Source of the DNA: Bacillota bacterium | Lineage (GTDB): Bacteria > Bacillota > Clostridia > Oscillospirales > CAG-382 | DNA: 64,000 nt | Direction: 5' to 3' | Assembly (NCBI GenBank): GCA_029550965.1 | Contig: JAKPGJ010000054.1 | Span: forward strand, 42,181-106,180 | In this document: positions 9,194-19,371 of the stretch, piece after piece | Position numbering within the stretch: the stretch's first letter is position 1 | Layout of the letters: every line of letters starts with the position of its first letter | Position numbers and translations under genes: made by a program | The notes under the pieces: generated by a model | Databases searched by the model: none | What the model was told of the DNA's origin: nothing | Seen by the model: only the letters and a program-made list of their open reading frames with translations

Positions 9194-10231
9194 ATGGAAC
9201 GAATCTTTGAACTCGCCTGCGCATTCTCCGAACTGCCGGCTGTTTCCGGTCAGGAACACATCGGAATGGAACGGGTCGCGGAGTTGTGCAAAGGATATTT
9301 TGACAGTTATGAAGTAACGTCTGTCGGCAGTTTTATCGGCAGAATAAGCTGCGGAAAAGCGGGCGCAAAAACGCTCCTGCTTGACGCGCACATTGACGAA
9401 ATCGGCTTTATCGTCTCCGAAATCTGCGAGGGCGGTTTTCTGAAAGTCGTCAACATCGGCGGAATCGACCCAAGAATCCTTCCGGCTTCGGAAGTTCTGA
9501 TTTACGGCAAAAAGACCATCACCGGCATTTTCACCTCCAAACCGCCGCACCTGCAGGAAAAAGACGAGCTGGAAAAGCCGATGAAGCTCGAGGACCTCGC
9601 GATCGACACGGGGTACTCCAAAGAACAGCTGGAAGAGATCGTATCCATCGGCACGCCGGTCGGCTACCGCTCGCCGGTCGTCCGGCTGCAGAACAATGCC
9701 ATCGCCGGCAAGAGCTTTGACGACCGAATCTGCGCGGTTTCTATCCTGCGCGCTTTGGAAATGTTGAAAGAGAAAGAACTGCCGGTCAACATCGCGGTCC
9801 AGTTCTCCGGCGGCGAGGAAACCGGCTACAAGGGCGCGACGACCGCAAGCTACCAAATCGCGCCGGACTTCGCGATCTGCCTGGATGTCACGAACGCATA
9901 CGTTCCGGACGCGCCGGCTTACCGCAAGGATATTAAAATGGGCGGCGGACCGAGCATTTCCTTCTCCGCGCAGACCAGCAGAAAGCTGACGATAAAAGCG
10001 GTCGAGACCGCGAAGAAAAACGGAATTCCCCATCAGCTCTTTGCCGAGCCGAACCATACCGGCACCAACTCCGGCGCGATCCAGACGTCGCGCGGCGGAG
10101 TTCCGACGGTTTTGGTTTCTATTCCTTTGAAAAACATGCACACCGCAAACGAAGTCGTCATGCTCTCCGATGTGTATGACACGTCAAGACTGATTTGCGA
10201 ACTTGCGTTATCGCTCAAGGAGGGCATATAA
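9194..10231 (+). CDS. M42 family metallopeptidase (glutamyl aminopeptidase / TET-like), copy 1
   Basis: 345 aa with the motif LLLDAHIDEIGFIV, plus KSFDDR and GGEETG. RBS AAAGGA lies upstream. Confidence 0.85.
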   Translation: MERIFELACAFSELPAVSGQEHIGMERVAELCKGYFDSYEVTSVGSFIGRISCGKAGAKTLLLDAHIDEIGFIVSEICEGGFLKVVNIGGIDPRILPASEVLIYGKKTITGIFTSKPPHLQEKDELEKPMKLEDLAIDTGYSKEQLEEIVSIGTPVGYRSPVVRLQNNAIAGKSFDDRICAVSILRALEMLKEKELPVNIAVQFSGGEETGYKGATTASYQIAPDFAICLDVTNAYVPDAPAYRKDIKMGGGPSISFSAQTSRKLTIKAVETAKKNGIPHQLFAEPNHTGTNSGAIQTSRGGVPTVLVSIPLKNMHTANEVVMLSDVYDTSRLICELALSLKEGI

Positions 10232-10232
10232 A

Positions 10233-11249
10233 ATGATAGAACGCTTGAAAAAATACTGCGGCTGTATCTCCCCCTCCGGCTGCGAGGACGAAATCCGCGA
10301 ACTGATTATACAGGATATCCAACAGATCGCCACCCGTTACGAAGTGGACCGCATGGGCAACCTGATCGCTTTCAAGAAGGGCAGAAAGACCCCGGATAAA
10401 AAAGTGGTCGTTTCGGCCCATATGGACGAGGTCGGGCTGATGGTCAAATACATCTCCGACGAAGGGTATATTTATTTCGACCCGATCGGCGGAATCGACC
10501 CGCGCGTTGTCGGCGGCAGAAGGGTTGTCATCGGCGACAAAAGGATTTACGGCGTCGTCGCTTCCAAAGCGATACACCTGCAGAAGAAAAAAGAGCGCGG
10601 AATGGTCGTTCCGTTGGAAGAAATGTATATCGACATCGGCTGCGATGACAAAAAGTCCTGCGAGGAAGTGGTTTCGGTCGGCGACGTCGCGACGTTCGTG
10701 CCCAACTTCGAGGAGTTCGGCGACGGACTGATTAAGTCCAAAGCGATCGACGACCGGTTCGGCTGCGCTTTGCTGGTCGAGCTGATGCAGGAAGAGCTGG
10801 AGTACGACACCTATTTCGCCTTCGTCACCTGCGAAGAAGTCGGCACCGACGGCGCGAAGCAGGTCGCGTTTAATCTCCGCCCCGATATCGCCATCGCCAT
10901 CGAAGCGACCACCGCGGGCGACGTTTTGGGCGCGCCGAAGTCCCGGTACGCCTGCGAACTGCGCAAAGGCGCGGTCATCTCCCATATCGACGGCTCGACC
11001 ATATACGATAAAAAGCTTGTCGAGTACGCTCTGGCGACCGCGCAGGAAAACAACATCAAGTGCCAGCTGAAAAACGTCATAGCCGGCGGAAACGACGCGT
11101 CCGCCTACCAGCGGACGGCCGCGGGCGCGCGGGTTTTGGCTGTTTCCGCGCCGACGCGGTATATCCATTCGGCAAGCAACGTCGTTTGCAAAGACGACCT
11201 TTTTGAAATCAAAAAGCTGGTTCTGGCGCTGCTGCAGAAAGGATTTTAA
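10233..11249 (+). CDS. M42 family metallopeptidase, copy 2
   Basis: ATG at 10233 sits behind AGGAGG, 1 nt after the stop of copy 1. Motifs: VVSAHMDEVGLMV, KAIDDR, CEEVG. Confidence 0.85.
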   Translation: MIERLKKYCGCISPSGCEDEIRELIIQDIQQIATRYEVDRMGNLIAFKKGRKTPDKKVVVSAHMDEVGLMVKYISDEGYIYFDPIGGIDPRVVGGRRVVIGDKRIYGVVASKAIHLQKKKERGMVVPLEEMYIDIGCDDKKSCEEVVSVGDVATFVPNFEEFGDGLIKSKAIDDRFGCALLVELMQEELEYDTYFAFVTCEEVGTDGAKQVAFNLRPDIAIAIEATTAGDVLGAPKSRYACELRKGAVISHIDGSTIYDKKLVEYALATAQENNIKCQLKNVIAGGNDASAYQRTAAGARVLAVSAPTRYIHSASNVVCKDDLFEIKKLVLALLQKGF

Positions 11250-11293
11250 AAAGAATTGCTGCCGGCGAAAACGCCGGAGAAAGGTAGAAGATC

Positions 11294-12286
11294 ATGCTGA
11301 ACACAATTAAAAAATTTACATCGGTAAATTCGGTTTCGGGCAGCGAGGAGAAGCTGCGCGCGCTGATAGAAAAAGAAATCTTACCGTTTGTCGACAGCGT
11401 TCAAACCGACGCGATGGGCAACCTGATCGCCTATAAAAAGGGCGAGAATTCCGAGAAAAAGCTCATGGTCGCCGCCCACATGGACGAGATCGGCTTCGTC
11501 GTCACCTACATCGAGGACAACGGCATTATCCGGGTTTCCAACATCGGGGGAATCCGCCCGATCGCGTCCGCGTATCATCCTGTTGTTTTTGCGAACGGAA
11601 CGATAGGCATTCTCGGCATCGACGCGAACACCAAGCCCGAGGAAATCAAAATCAACAAGCTCTTTGTCGATATCGGCGCCAAGAGCAGGCGCGAAGCGGA
11701 AAAAAAGGTTAAAATCGGCGACATCTGCGCGGTCGCGCCCTCGTTTAAAAAACTCGCCGGCGGACGGTACGCGGCGAAGGCGTTCGACGACCGCATCGGC
11801 TGCGCGGTCGCCGTAGACGCGGCGCGGAACGCGAAGAAAACCGCGATGGACACCTATTATGTCTTTACGGTGCAGGAGGAAGTGGGCCTGCGCGGCTCCA
11901 AGCCTTCAGCTTTCTCGGTCATGCCCGATTACGCCGTCGCGATTGATGTTACAACCGCAGACGCGCCCGGCGAAAAAGGCGTCTCCGTCACGCTCGGCGG
12001 CGGCGCTGCGATTAAAATCAAGGATTCCTCGGTCATCTGCTCCAAAGTGATGGTTGACCGGCTGACCGCGCTCGCGAAAGAGAACAACATCAAACACCAG
12101 TACGAGATTCTGACCGCCGGCGGCACCGACACCGCTTCCATGCAGCTTGCCGGCGCTGGAAGCGTCGCGGGCTGTATCTCCATCCCCACCCGGTATATTC
12201 ACTCGCCGGTTGAGGTTTTAGACATGGCGGACGTCAAGGCCTGCTCGCAACTGCTGACCGCTTTGATCGAAAACGGAATAGAGTAA
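11294..12286 (+). CDS. M42 family metallopeptidase, copy 3
   Basis: 330 aa with the motifs MVAAHMDEIGFVV, KAFDDR and VQEEVGLRG. RBS GGAGAAAGG. Confidence 0.85.
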   Translation: MLNTIKKFTSVNSVSGSEEKLRALIEKEILPFVDSVQTDAMGNLIAYKKGENSEKKLMVAAHMDEIGFVVTYIEDNGIIRVSNIGGIRPIASAYHPVVFANGTIGILGIDANTKPEEIKINKLFVDIGAKSRREAEKKVKIGDICAVAPSFKKLAGGRYAAKAFDDRIGCAVAVDAARNAKKTAMDTYYVFTVQEEVGLRGSKPSAFSVMPDYAVAIDVTTADAPGEKGVSVTLGGGAAIKIKDSSVICSKVMVDRLTALAKENNIKHQYEILTAGGTDTASMQLAGAGSVAGCISIPTRYIHSPVEVLDMADVKACSQLLTALIENGIE

Positions 12287-12293
12287 ATAAAAA

Positions 12294-12324
12294 ATCCGAA
12301 GCGGCTGTACCCGCTTCGGATTTG
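12294..12324 (+). terminator. Terminator after the M42 trio
   Basis: 11-bp stem atccgaagcgg/ccgcttcggat. The T-tract is short. Confidence 0.6.
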
Positions 12325-12518
12325 CGCTGATTTTATCCATTGCTCGTGATAATATCGTTTTGGTCACAACATCAAAGCAAACGCAATGATTTTCTGTTTG
12401 GCCATTGATTAATAGCGCAATTTATGTTATATTAATACTAACTTATTATGTTTTAATTATATGTAACTACTTACGAAAAAAGTAATTTGAATATTTCGAC
12501 GCAATAAAAAGGTAATGT

Positions 12519-13769
12519 ATGCATATCGTAAAAAACAACGCTGCGCTTGCGCAGCTCGCTTCGGAATGTGAAAAAGAACTCGGCGCGGTTTTTGCTGAAA
12601 TTGACCAAACCGCGTACAAAAATACGGAAAAGGTCATGCGCGTGTTCGCGACCAACCAGTTGTCCGAGCGGCATTTCGCGACCACAAGCGGATACGGCTA
12701 CAACGACGACGGGCGGGACATGTGCGACAGGCTGTTCGCGCAGGTCTTCGGCTGCGAGAGCGGATTCGCAAGGCACAATATCATCTCCGGCACGCACGCG
12801 ATCGCGATCGCTTTGTTCGGTCTGCTCCGTCCGAACGACACGCTGTATTCGGTGACCGGCAAACCCTACGACACGCTTGACAACGTCATCGGTCTTTCCG
12901 GCGCGAACGGCGACGGTTCGCTTGCCGATTTCGGCGTCAAATACAGGCAGACAGAACTGATAGACGGAAAAACTTTAGACTATGAAGCGATAAAAAATAC
13001 GCTTATTTCCGACAAAAGCATCAAAGTCGTGTTCGCGCAGCGCTCGAAAGGATATCTCTCCCGCCGCAGCCTGCCGTCCTCCGAGATCAACGCGTTATAC
13101 GAATTGGTAAAACAGTACAGCGGCGCCTATCTCGTAGTGGACAACTGCTACGGCGAGTTCTGCGAGGAAACCGAACCGAAAGCGGACATATTGGTAGGCT
13201 CTCTTATCAAAAACCCCGGCGGCGGAATCGCCGAGACCGGCGGCTATATCGTCGGCACTAAAAAAGCCGTCGAGCTCGCTTCCTACCGTCTGACCGTTCC
13301 CGGAATCGGGCTGGAGGCTGGCGCTTCGCTCGGGCAGACAAAGAACATGATCAAAGGGCTGTTTTTCGCGCCGCACGCGACCGCGCAGGCGCTTAAAACC
13401 GCGGTTTTCGCCGCTTTGCTGTTTGAAAAGCTCGGATACGACGTATCCCCGACCGCGTTTGAAAAGCGGGTGGACATCATCCAGACCGTCAACCTGAAAA
13501 ACGCGGACACGTTGCTGAAATTCTGTCGCGGCATACAGGCGGGAAGCCCGATTGATTCCTTCGTCGAGCCGGTCGGCTGGGCGATGCCCGGCTACAACGA
13601 CGAGGTGGTGATGGCCGCCGGCACCTTTACGCAGGGCTCCTCGATAGAGTTGTCGGCAGACGCTCCCATTCGCGAACCGTACACAGTGTACCTGCAGGGC
13701 GGCGTCACATATGAGAGCGGTAAATACGGCATCCTTTCCGCCGCGAGATATATGCTTGATTTGATGTAA
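12519..13769 (+). CDS. PLP-dependent Cys/Met-metabolism family protein (YnbB / aluminium-resistance type, methionine gamma-lyase-like)
   Basis: 416 aa. The N-terminal region (TSGYGYNDDGRD...SGTHAI) and overall length match the YnbB-type family as I remember it. Confidence 0.7.
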   Translation: MHIVKNNAALAQLASECEKELGAVFAEIDQTAYKNTEKVMRVFATNQLSERHFATTSGYGYNDDGRDMCDRLFAQVFGCESGFARHNIISGTHAIAIALFGLLRPNDTLYSVTGKPYDTLDNVIGLSGANGDGSLADFGVKYRQTELIDGKTLDYEAIKNTLISDKSIKVVFAQRSKGYLSRRSLPSSEINALYELVKQYSGAYLVVDNCYGEFCEETEPKADILVGSLIKNPGGGIAETGGYIVGTKKAVELASYRLTVPGIGLEAGASLGQTKNMIKGLFFAPHATAQALKTAVFAALLFEKLGYDVSPTAFEKRVDIIQTVNLKNADTLLKFCRGIQAGSPIDSFVEPVGWAMPGYNDEVVMAAGTFTQGSSIELSADAPIREPYTVYLQGGVTYESGKYGILSAARYMLDLM

Positions 13770-13793
13770 AATTCGTGAAAGGAATGGTAGCGC

Positions 13794-14693
13794 ATGCCAA
13801 TGGAAGCCAACATTTTAGTATATACTAAGAGCGCGTTCATCTACAACCGCATCGAGAACGCCTTTTCGCATAACCATGGCGTTCATGTCATCTGCAGCAT
13901 TTCGATCAACGACTGTATCTATAAAATTCATGAACGGGCGGCATACCTTTCCTGCGTCATCGTGTACAGCGACAGCGATGAAAAAGAGTATCTGCTGGAG
14001 ATTGCGAAAATCAGGGCCGCCAACCGCAAAATACCGATTATTCTGATTTCTTCCGGAAACACGGTCAGCTTTATCCACAAAGTCATCAACCACGGGGTCA
14101 ACGACATCATCTTAATGCCCTTTACCGACCAGTTTTTAATCGAAAGAGTCTATAGAATCATCAACAAGGGCAGCGAAAAGAACAAGAACGTAGAAATCAT
14201 CTCGCTGAGCCTGTTCAAATACCTGAACGGAGAGCTAAAGAAAGCGCAGAAGGGCAACTATCCGCTGTCCATGATGCTCACCACCCTTCAATACGACGAC
14301 GAGGAGAAATACTCGAAAAAACAGAAGAACTTCTTCCTCGACGTCTTTTCGGACAACCTGAAAGGACTTTATTTTGAAACCGACTTGTTTATCCGGTTTG
14401 ACCAGAAATACTATCTCGGTGTTTTCCCGTTCTGCAGCTCCAAGAACGAAAGCATTATTTTAAGCAAAAACACCGAGCGCTTCAACCGCCTTGTGCTGAT
14501 GAACATGCTGCCGGCGGACAGCAGAATGATTACCGCGTTTGTCAGCTATCCCGATAACATGAACAACATCGTCGACGGCTTCAAGGTTTTGATGAAGACC
14601 ATCCGCAAGGACTTCTCGGACCACGACCTCGAGATCTACTTCGAAGAGTACGGACAGATTATTTTTGAGGAAAACGAAGAGGTATTGGTATAA
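13794..14693 (+). CDS. Receiver-like / degenerate GGDEF-like protein (hypothetical)
   Basis: 299 aa. The N-terminal approx 120 aa have a CheY-like pattern but lack the acidic pair (ILVYTK) and the conserved Lys (LMPF instead of KPF). The C-terminal half resembles a GGDEF fold with RFDQKYY in place of RxGGDEF. Confidence 0.55.
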   Translation: MPMEANILVYTKSAFIYNRIENAFSHNHGVHVICSISINDCIYKIHERAAYLSCVIVYSDSDEKEYLLEIAKIRAANRKIPIILISSGNTVSFIHKVINHGVNDIILMPFTDQFLIERVYRIINKGSEKNKNVEIISLSLFKYLNGELKKAQKGNYPLSMMLTTLQYDDEEKYSKKQKNFFLDVFSDNLKGLYFETDLFIRFDQKYYLGVFPFCSSKNESIILSKNTERFNRLVLMNMLPADSRMITAFVSYPDNMNNIVDGFKVLMKTIRKDFSDHDLEIYFEEYGQIIFEENEEVLV

Positions 14694-14699
14694 TAAAAA

Positions 14700-14730
14700 C
14701 TGCCGGGGCGCGCGTCCCGGCAGTTTTTTT
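14700..14730 (+). terminator. Rho-independent terminator
   Basis: Stem ctgccggg/cccggcag followed by a 7-T run. Confidence 0.75.
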
Positions 14731-14878
14731 GCAAAAAACAGGGAAATCATCGAATCCGATTCTAATTTTTAAAACTATATCGGGGAAAGCGGGATAAGCG
14801 CGATGCGAAAACTTTATGCAAAAGTTTTTATAGAAGAAAACTTCTAAAACAGCCAGAGCTGAAATATGTTATCACAGC

Positions 14879-14918
14879 AAAAAAAACACCCTTATCTGCG
14901 CCGCGAAGCACAGATAAG
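14879..14918 (-). terminator. Terminator after the MATE gene
   Basis: Stem cttatctg/cagataag with a plus-strand A-run at 14879-14886 (a T-run on the minus strand). Confidence 0.65.
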
Positions 14919-14930
14919 AGTGCAACTTCT

Positions 14931-16349
14931 TTATACTTTTACCTTCTCCCATCTGCCGCTTGAGAAGCGCAGCGCGGAAAAAATAAGACGAATGATTTGG
15001 TCGATCGCAAGGCTGAACCAGGCGCCGATCAACCCGATGCCGAAGGTGTAGCAGAAAAGGTAGGTCAGAATCGGTCGGATTACCATAATCGAGACGGTCG
15101 AAACAGCCGCGACGTACTTCGTATCGCCCGCCCCTCTCAGGCAGCCGTTGTAAATAACCTGCGTAATCTGCGCCACGCAGATCAGCGCGACGATATACAT
15201 AATAATGGTGCCGTTATGCATGATGTAGTCATAGTCGTTATCGCTGCTGCTGACAAACAGTCCGACCAACGTCCTGCCTGCAAACCCGAACAAAAGCACT
15301 AAGAAAAGCGATATAAAAAACCCGACGCGCTGCCCGGCTTTTCCGTACAACGTGGAAAGGTCGGGTCTTTTTTTGCCGAGATTCTGCCCGACCAGCGCGG
15401 AGGACGCCATTCCCAGCCCGTCGCCAAAAGTGAAGGAGAGATTGATAATGTTCATGCAAATCTGATGCGTCGCGAACGCGGCGGTTCCGAGATTGGCGAC
15501 GGTCGCGGCGTATATAAAAAATCCGACGCGAATGCATGCCTGTTCCATACCGGCGCCCATGCCGACTTTTAAAAGCGGTTTAATCAGTTCGGCGCGAAAA
15601 CGGAATAGTTCCTTGAAATTCAGGTACAGATATCCTTTCCGCCGGATCGACCAGACCGACATGCCGCAGGCGACCATATTGCCCATGACTGTTGGTATCG
15701 CGGCGCCGACGATGCCCAGCGCCGGAAAACCGCATTTGCCCGTAATCAACAGATAATCGAAAACCACGTTGACGACGTTCGCCGTGAGGTTGGAGGTCAA
15801 CGCGATGCGCGTGTTGCCGATGCTTCGCTGCGCGGAGTTGATGGCGCCGCTCACCGCGGTAAACACCATGCCCGACATGACAATTCGGAAATACAAAACC
15901 GCGTCCGCGATGGTTTCATCGTTCGCGCCGGCAAGCCGTATCAGCGGCTCGTCGATTGCGAGGGCGACGGCGGAAACCATAATGCCGAGCGCAATGCTGA
16001 GCGAAACCGCCTGCGCAAGGGTCTTGTTCGCGCCGTTCCGGTCCCCCTGCCCTTTTCTTCGGCTGACCACCGCGGTGACGCTGATGTTCAGCGCAAAAAA
16101 CACAGCATAAAACAAGAGCCTCGGCTGGTTGGTAAGTCCAACCGCTGCAATAGCTCTTGCGCCCAGCGCCGAAACCATGAGTGTATCGACGATGCCGACC
16201 AGACCGACCAGCACCGACTCTGCGGTCGCCGGCCACGCCACGTCAATCAAGTTTTTGTATAATTCCTTCGATTTCGGCAGTTCTCCGAAAATCTCATGCT
16301 TTTTCACCATGCCTTCGACGGTAAAAAAGCGTTTTATGCGGGAAAACAT
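14931..16349 (-). CDS. MATE family efflux transporter
   Basis: 472 aa, polytopic with about 12 TM segments. The N-terminal region is typical of MATE (ELYKNLIDVAWPATAESVLVGLVGIVDTLMVSALG). Confidence 0.85.
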   Translation of the reverse strand: MFSRIKRFFTVEGMVKKHEIFGELPKSKELYKNLIDVAWPATAESVLVGLVGIVDTLMVSALGARAIAAVGLTNQPRLLFYAVFFALNISVTAVVSRRKGQGDRNGANKTLAQAVSLSIALGIMVSAVALAIDEPLIRLAGANDETIADAVLYFRIVMSGMVFTAVSGAINSAQRSIGNTRIALTSNLTANVVNVVFDYLLITGKCGFPALGIVGAAIPTVMGNMVACGMSVWSIRRKGYLYLNFKELFRFRAELIKPLLKVGMGAGMEQACIRVGFFIYAATVANLGTAAFATHQICMNIINLSFTFGDGLGMASSALVGQNLGKKRPDLSTLYGKAGQRVGFFISLFLVLLFGFAGRTLVGLFVSSSDNDYDYIMHNGTIIMYIVALICVAQITQVIYNGCLRGAGDTKYVAAVSTVSIMVIRPILTYLFCYTFGIGLIGAWFSLAIDQIIRLIFSALRFSSGRWEKVKV

Positions 16350-16364
16350 AAAAGACCTTCTATG

Positions 16365-17846
16365 CTAATTTCGATATAAACGTTTTGTCTGATAAACCGG
16401 TTCGCAGGTAAGGTTGATGCCGAGCTTCTTTAACACCTTCACGTCAACCTCGGAAAGAATTACGGAAGAGTGCATCTCGCAGCCCTTTAAATCGATCAGA
16501 TGCGTAAGCGCGTCCGCCGCGTTTCGATCGGTTACGGCGCACATCGACAAAGCGATCAAAAGCTCGTCGGTGTGCAGGCGGGGGTTTCGGTTGCCGAGGT
16601 AGTTTACCTTCAGGTCCTGAATCGGCTCGATTACCGTCGGCGAAATCAGCGTAACGCTGTCGTCAATGCCGGCGAGCGCCTTGAGCGCGTTAAGAAGCAT
16701 CGCGGAGGATGCGCCGAGCAGCGGAGAGGTTCTTCCGGTGATGATTCTGCCGTCGTGCAGTTCGATGGCGGCGGCGGGAACGCCGGTTTCGGCGGCGCGT
16801 TTGACCGCCGCGACCGCCACTTTGCGGTCGGCGATCGAAATGCCGCACTGCTTCATCAACAATTCTATTTTGGAAACGGCTTCCCTGCCGGACAATCCCT
16901 TTTTCTCGATGCAGAGCGCTTCGTAATACCGGCGGATAATCTCCGCTTTTGCCGCTTCGCGGCAGACTTCGTCGTCGGTAATGCAGTATCCCGCCATGTT
17001 CACGCCTATATCGGTCGGGGACTTGTAGGGCGACGAGCCGTATATCATTTCAAACATGGATTTCAGAACCGGGAAAACCTCGATATCCCGGTTGTAGTTG
17101 ACCGCTGTTTTTCCGTAAGCCTCAAGATGGAACGGGTCGATCATGTTGACGTCCTGCAGATCCGCGGTCGCGGCTTCATACGCGATGTTGACAGGGTGTT
17201 TGAGCGGAAGATTCCATATCGGGAAGGTCTCGAACTTCGCGTAGCCCGCTTTGACGCCCCTGCACATTTCATGGTACAGCTGAGACAGGCAGGTTGCCAT
17301 CTTTCCGCTGCCGGGCCCGGGCGCCGTAACGATAACCAGAGACCGGGTGGTCTCGATATACTCGTTCTTTCCGTATCCGTTTTCGCTGACAATCAGCGCG
17401 ATATCCGACGGATAGTTCTCGATCAGATAGTGTTTGTAGGTTTTAACGCCCAACGCGGAAAGCCGGTTCTGGAACGCGACCGCCGCCGGCTGCCCTGCAA
17501 AGTGCGTTAGCACCACGCTGCCGACGTACAGTCCGCTGGCCCGGAACGCGTCGATTAAGCGGAGGACGTCCAAATCGTATGTTATGCCGATGTCGCCTCT
17601 GACCTTGTTTTTCTCGATATCGTTGGCGTTGATTGTAATCACGATTTCGGCGTCGTCGGCAAGCTCAAGAAGCATATTGATTTTGTTGTCGGGTTTAAAG
17701 CCGGGGAGCACCCTCGACGCGTGATAATCGTCGAAAAGCTTTCCGCCGAACTCCAAATATAGCTTTCCGCCGAACTGCGCGATGCGCTTTTTAATATGCT
17801 CGGACTGCAGCTTGATATATGTTTCGCTGTCGAAACCGATTTTCAT
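16365..17846 (-). CDS. UPF0371 / DUF1846 family protein
   Basis: ATG at 17846 behind AAAGGGA. The N-terminus MKIGFDSETYIKLQSEHIKKRI...ASRVLPGFKPD is characteristic of this family. Confidence 0.75.
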   Translation of the reverse strand: MKIGFDSETYIKLQSEHIKKRIAQFGGKLYLEFGGKLFDDYHASRVLPGFKPDNKINMLLELADDAEIVITINANDIEKNKVRGDIGITYDLDVLRLIDAFRASGLYVGSVVLTHFAGQPAAVAFQNRLSALGVKTYKHYLIENYPSDIALIVSENGYGKNEYIETTRSLVIVTAPGPGSGKMATCLSQLYHEMCRGVKAGYAKFETFPIWNLPLKHPVNIAYEAATADLQDVNMIDPFHLEAYGKTAVNYNRDIEVFPVLKSMFEMIYGSSPYKSPTDIGVNMAGYCITDDEVCREAAKAEIIRRYYEALCIEKKGLSGREAVSKIELLMKQCGISIADRKVAVAAVKRAAETGVPAAAIELHDGRIITGRTSPLLGASSAMLLNALKALAGIDDSVTLISPTVIEPIQDLKVNYLGNRNPRLHTDELLIALSMCAVTDRNAADALTHLIDLKGCEMHSSVILSEVDVKVLKKLGINLTCEPVYQTKRLYRN

Positions 17847-17927
17847 AAAAAATCCCTTTCTTGCGGCAACTGCCTGTTTTTTCAAAAATTATTGCGCCGG
17901 TCGGGCGCAATATCGTTGCGGTTGCGT

Positions 17928-19355
17928 TTATACTTTTATGATAGAATCGGCGTATTTGCCGTCGTATTCCTTCAAAATAGGCTTGATTTTCTCGTTGATG
18001 AACCGCTCGGTCTGCAGCGGCGCGAGTCCGATGAAGTCGCGCGGATTGAGAATCGCCTTCAGCTCTTCCTCGCTGAGCCTGAATGCGGGATCGTTCTTAA
18101 TCCTGTCGATCAGCGAGACGTCCTCGCCCTGTTTTCTTGCCAGTTCGACCTCCATCGCGTAAGTGCGGATGCGCTCGTGCAGCTGCTGACGGTCTCCGCC
18201 CTTCTTTACCGCCTCCATCAGGATATTTTCGGTCGCGCTGAAAGGCAGGTGTTCCGCCAAACGCTTCTCGATCACCTTCGGATATACGGTTATGCCTTTG
18301 GTAACGTCGATGAGCAGGTTGAGAATGCTGTCGATCGCCAGGAACCCTTCCGCGAGCGAGATGCGGCGGTTTGCGGAGTCGTCGAGCGAACGCTCGAGCC
18401 ACTGCACCGACGCTGTCATATCGGCGTTGATTGCGTTCGCAAGCTGATAGCGCGCGATCGAGCAGATGCGCTCGCAGCGGATCGGGTTGCGCTTGTACGC
18501 CATCGCGGAAGAACCGATCTGATTCCTGCCGAACGGCTCCTCCAGCTCGCCGAAGCTCTGCAGAAGGCGCATATCCTGCGCGAACTTATAGGAACTCTGC
18601 GCGATGCCGGACAGCACGTTATGGATGCGCATATCCTCTTTTCTGGTATAGGTCTGTCCGGAAACGTCGAACACGTCGCTAAAGCCGAAGTATTCCGCAA
18701 TCATTTTCTCAAGCTTGACAATCTTATCGACGTCGCCGTTGAACAGCTTCAAAAAGGTCGCCTGCGTGCCGGTCGCGCCTTTGTTGCCAAGCAGGCGCAG
18801 TCCTTTTAAGACATAATCAAGGTCGCAGAAATCGATGTAAAAGTCCTGCAGCCACAATGCCGCGCGCTTTCCGACGGTCGTGGGCTGCGCCGCCTGCAGG
18901 TGCGTGTACGCGAGCGCGGGCATCTCCTTGTACTGCATCGCGAAATCCGCCAGATTCTTGATGACGGTAAGCAGCTTTGCTCTGACAAGCCTGAGCGCTT
19001 CCCGCATGATAATGACGTCCGCGTTGTCGGTAACAAAGCAGCTGGTCGCGCCGAGATGGATGATGCCGGCGGCTTTGGGGCATACCTCGCCGTACGCGCG
19101 GTTGTGCGCCATGACGTCGTGCCGGGTTTCCTTTTCAATCTCGGCGATGCGGTTGAAGTCGATGTTGTCGACGTTCGCTTTCAGCTCGTCAACCTGTTCC
19201 TGCGTGATGGGGAGCCCTAACTTCATTTCCGACTCGGCGAGCGCGACCCAAAGCCTGCGCCAGGTGGAAGCGCGCTTCTGCTGCGAAAAAAGCTCCTGCA
19301 TTTCTTTGGAAGCGTATCTGCCCGAAAAAGGGCTTTCGTAGTTGTTCATAGCCAA
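17928..19355 (-). CDS. purB: Adenylosuccinate lyase
   Basis: 475 aa with a fumarate-lyase fold signature (GSSAMAYKRNP) and the PurB-type N-terminus (SPFSGRYASKEM). Confidence 0.92.
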   Translation of the reverse strand: MAMNNYESPFSGRYASKEMQELFSQQKRASTWRRLWVALAESEMKLGLPITQEQVDELKANVDNIDFNRIAEIEKETRHDVMAHNRAYGEVCPKAAGIIHLGATSCFVTDNADVIIMREALRLVRAKLLTVIKNLADFAMQYKEMPALAYTHLQAAQPTTVGKRAALWLQDFYIDFCDLDYVLKGLRLLGNKGATGTQATFLKLFNGDVDKIVKLEKMIAEYFGFSDVFDVSGQTYTRKEDMRIHNVLSGIAQSSYKFAQDMRLLQSFGELEEPFGRNQIGSSAMAYKRNPIRCERICSIARYQLANAINADMTASVQWLERSLDDSANRRISLAEGFLAIDSILNLLIDVTKGITVYPKVIEKRLAEHLPFSATENILMEAVKKGGDRQQLHERIRTYAMEVELARKQGEDVSLIDRIKNDPAFRLSEEELKAILNPRDFIGLAPLQTERFINEKIKPILKEYDGKYADSIIKV

Positions 19356-19371
19356 AACATCCTGTTCGAAT

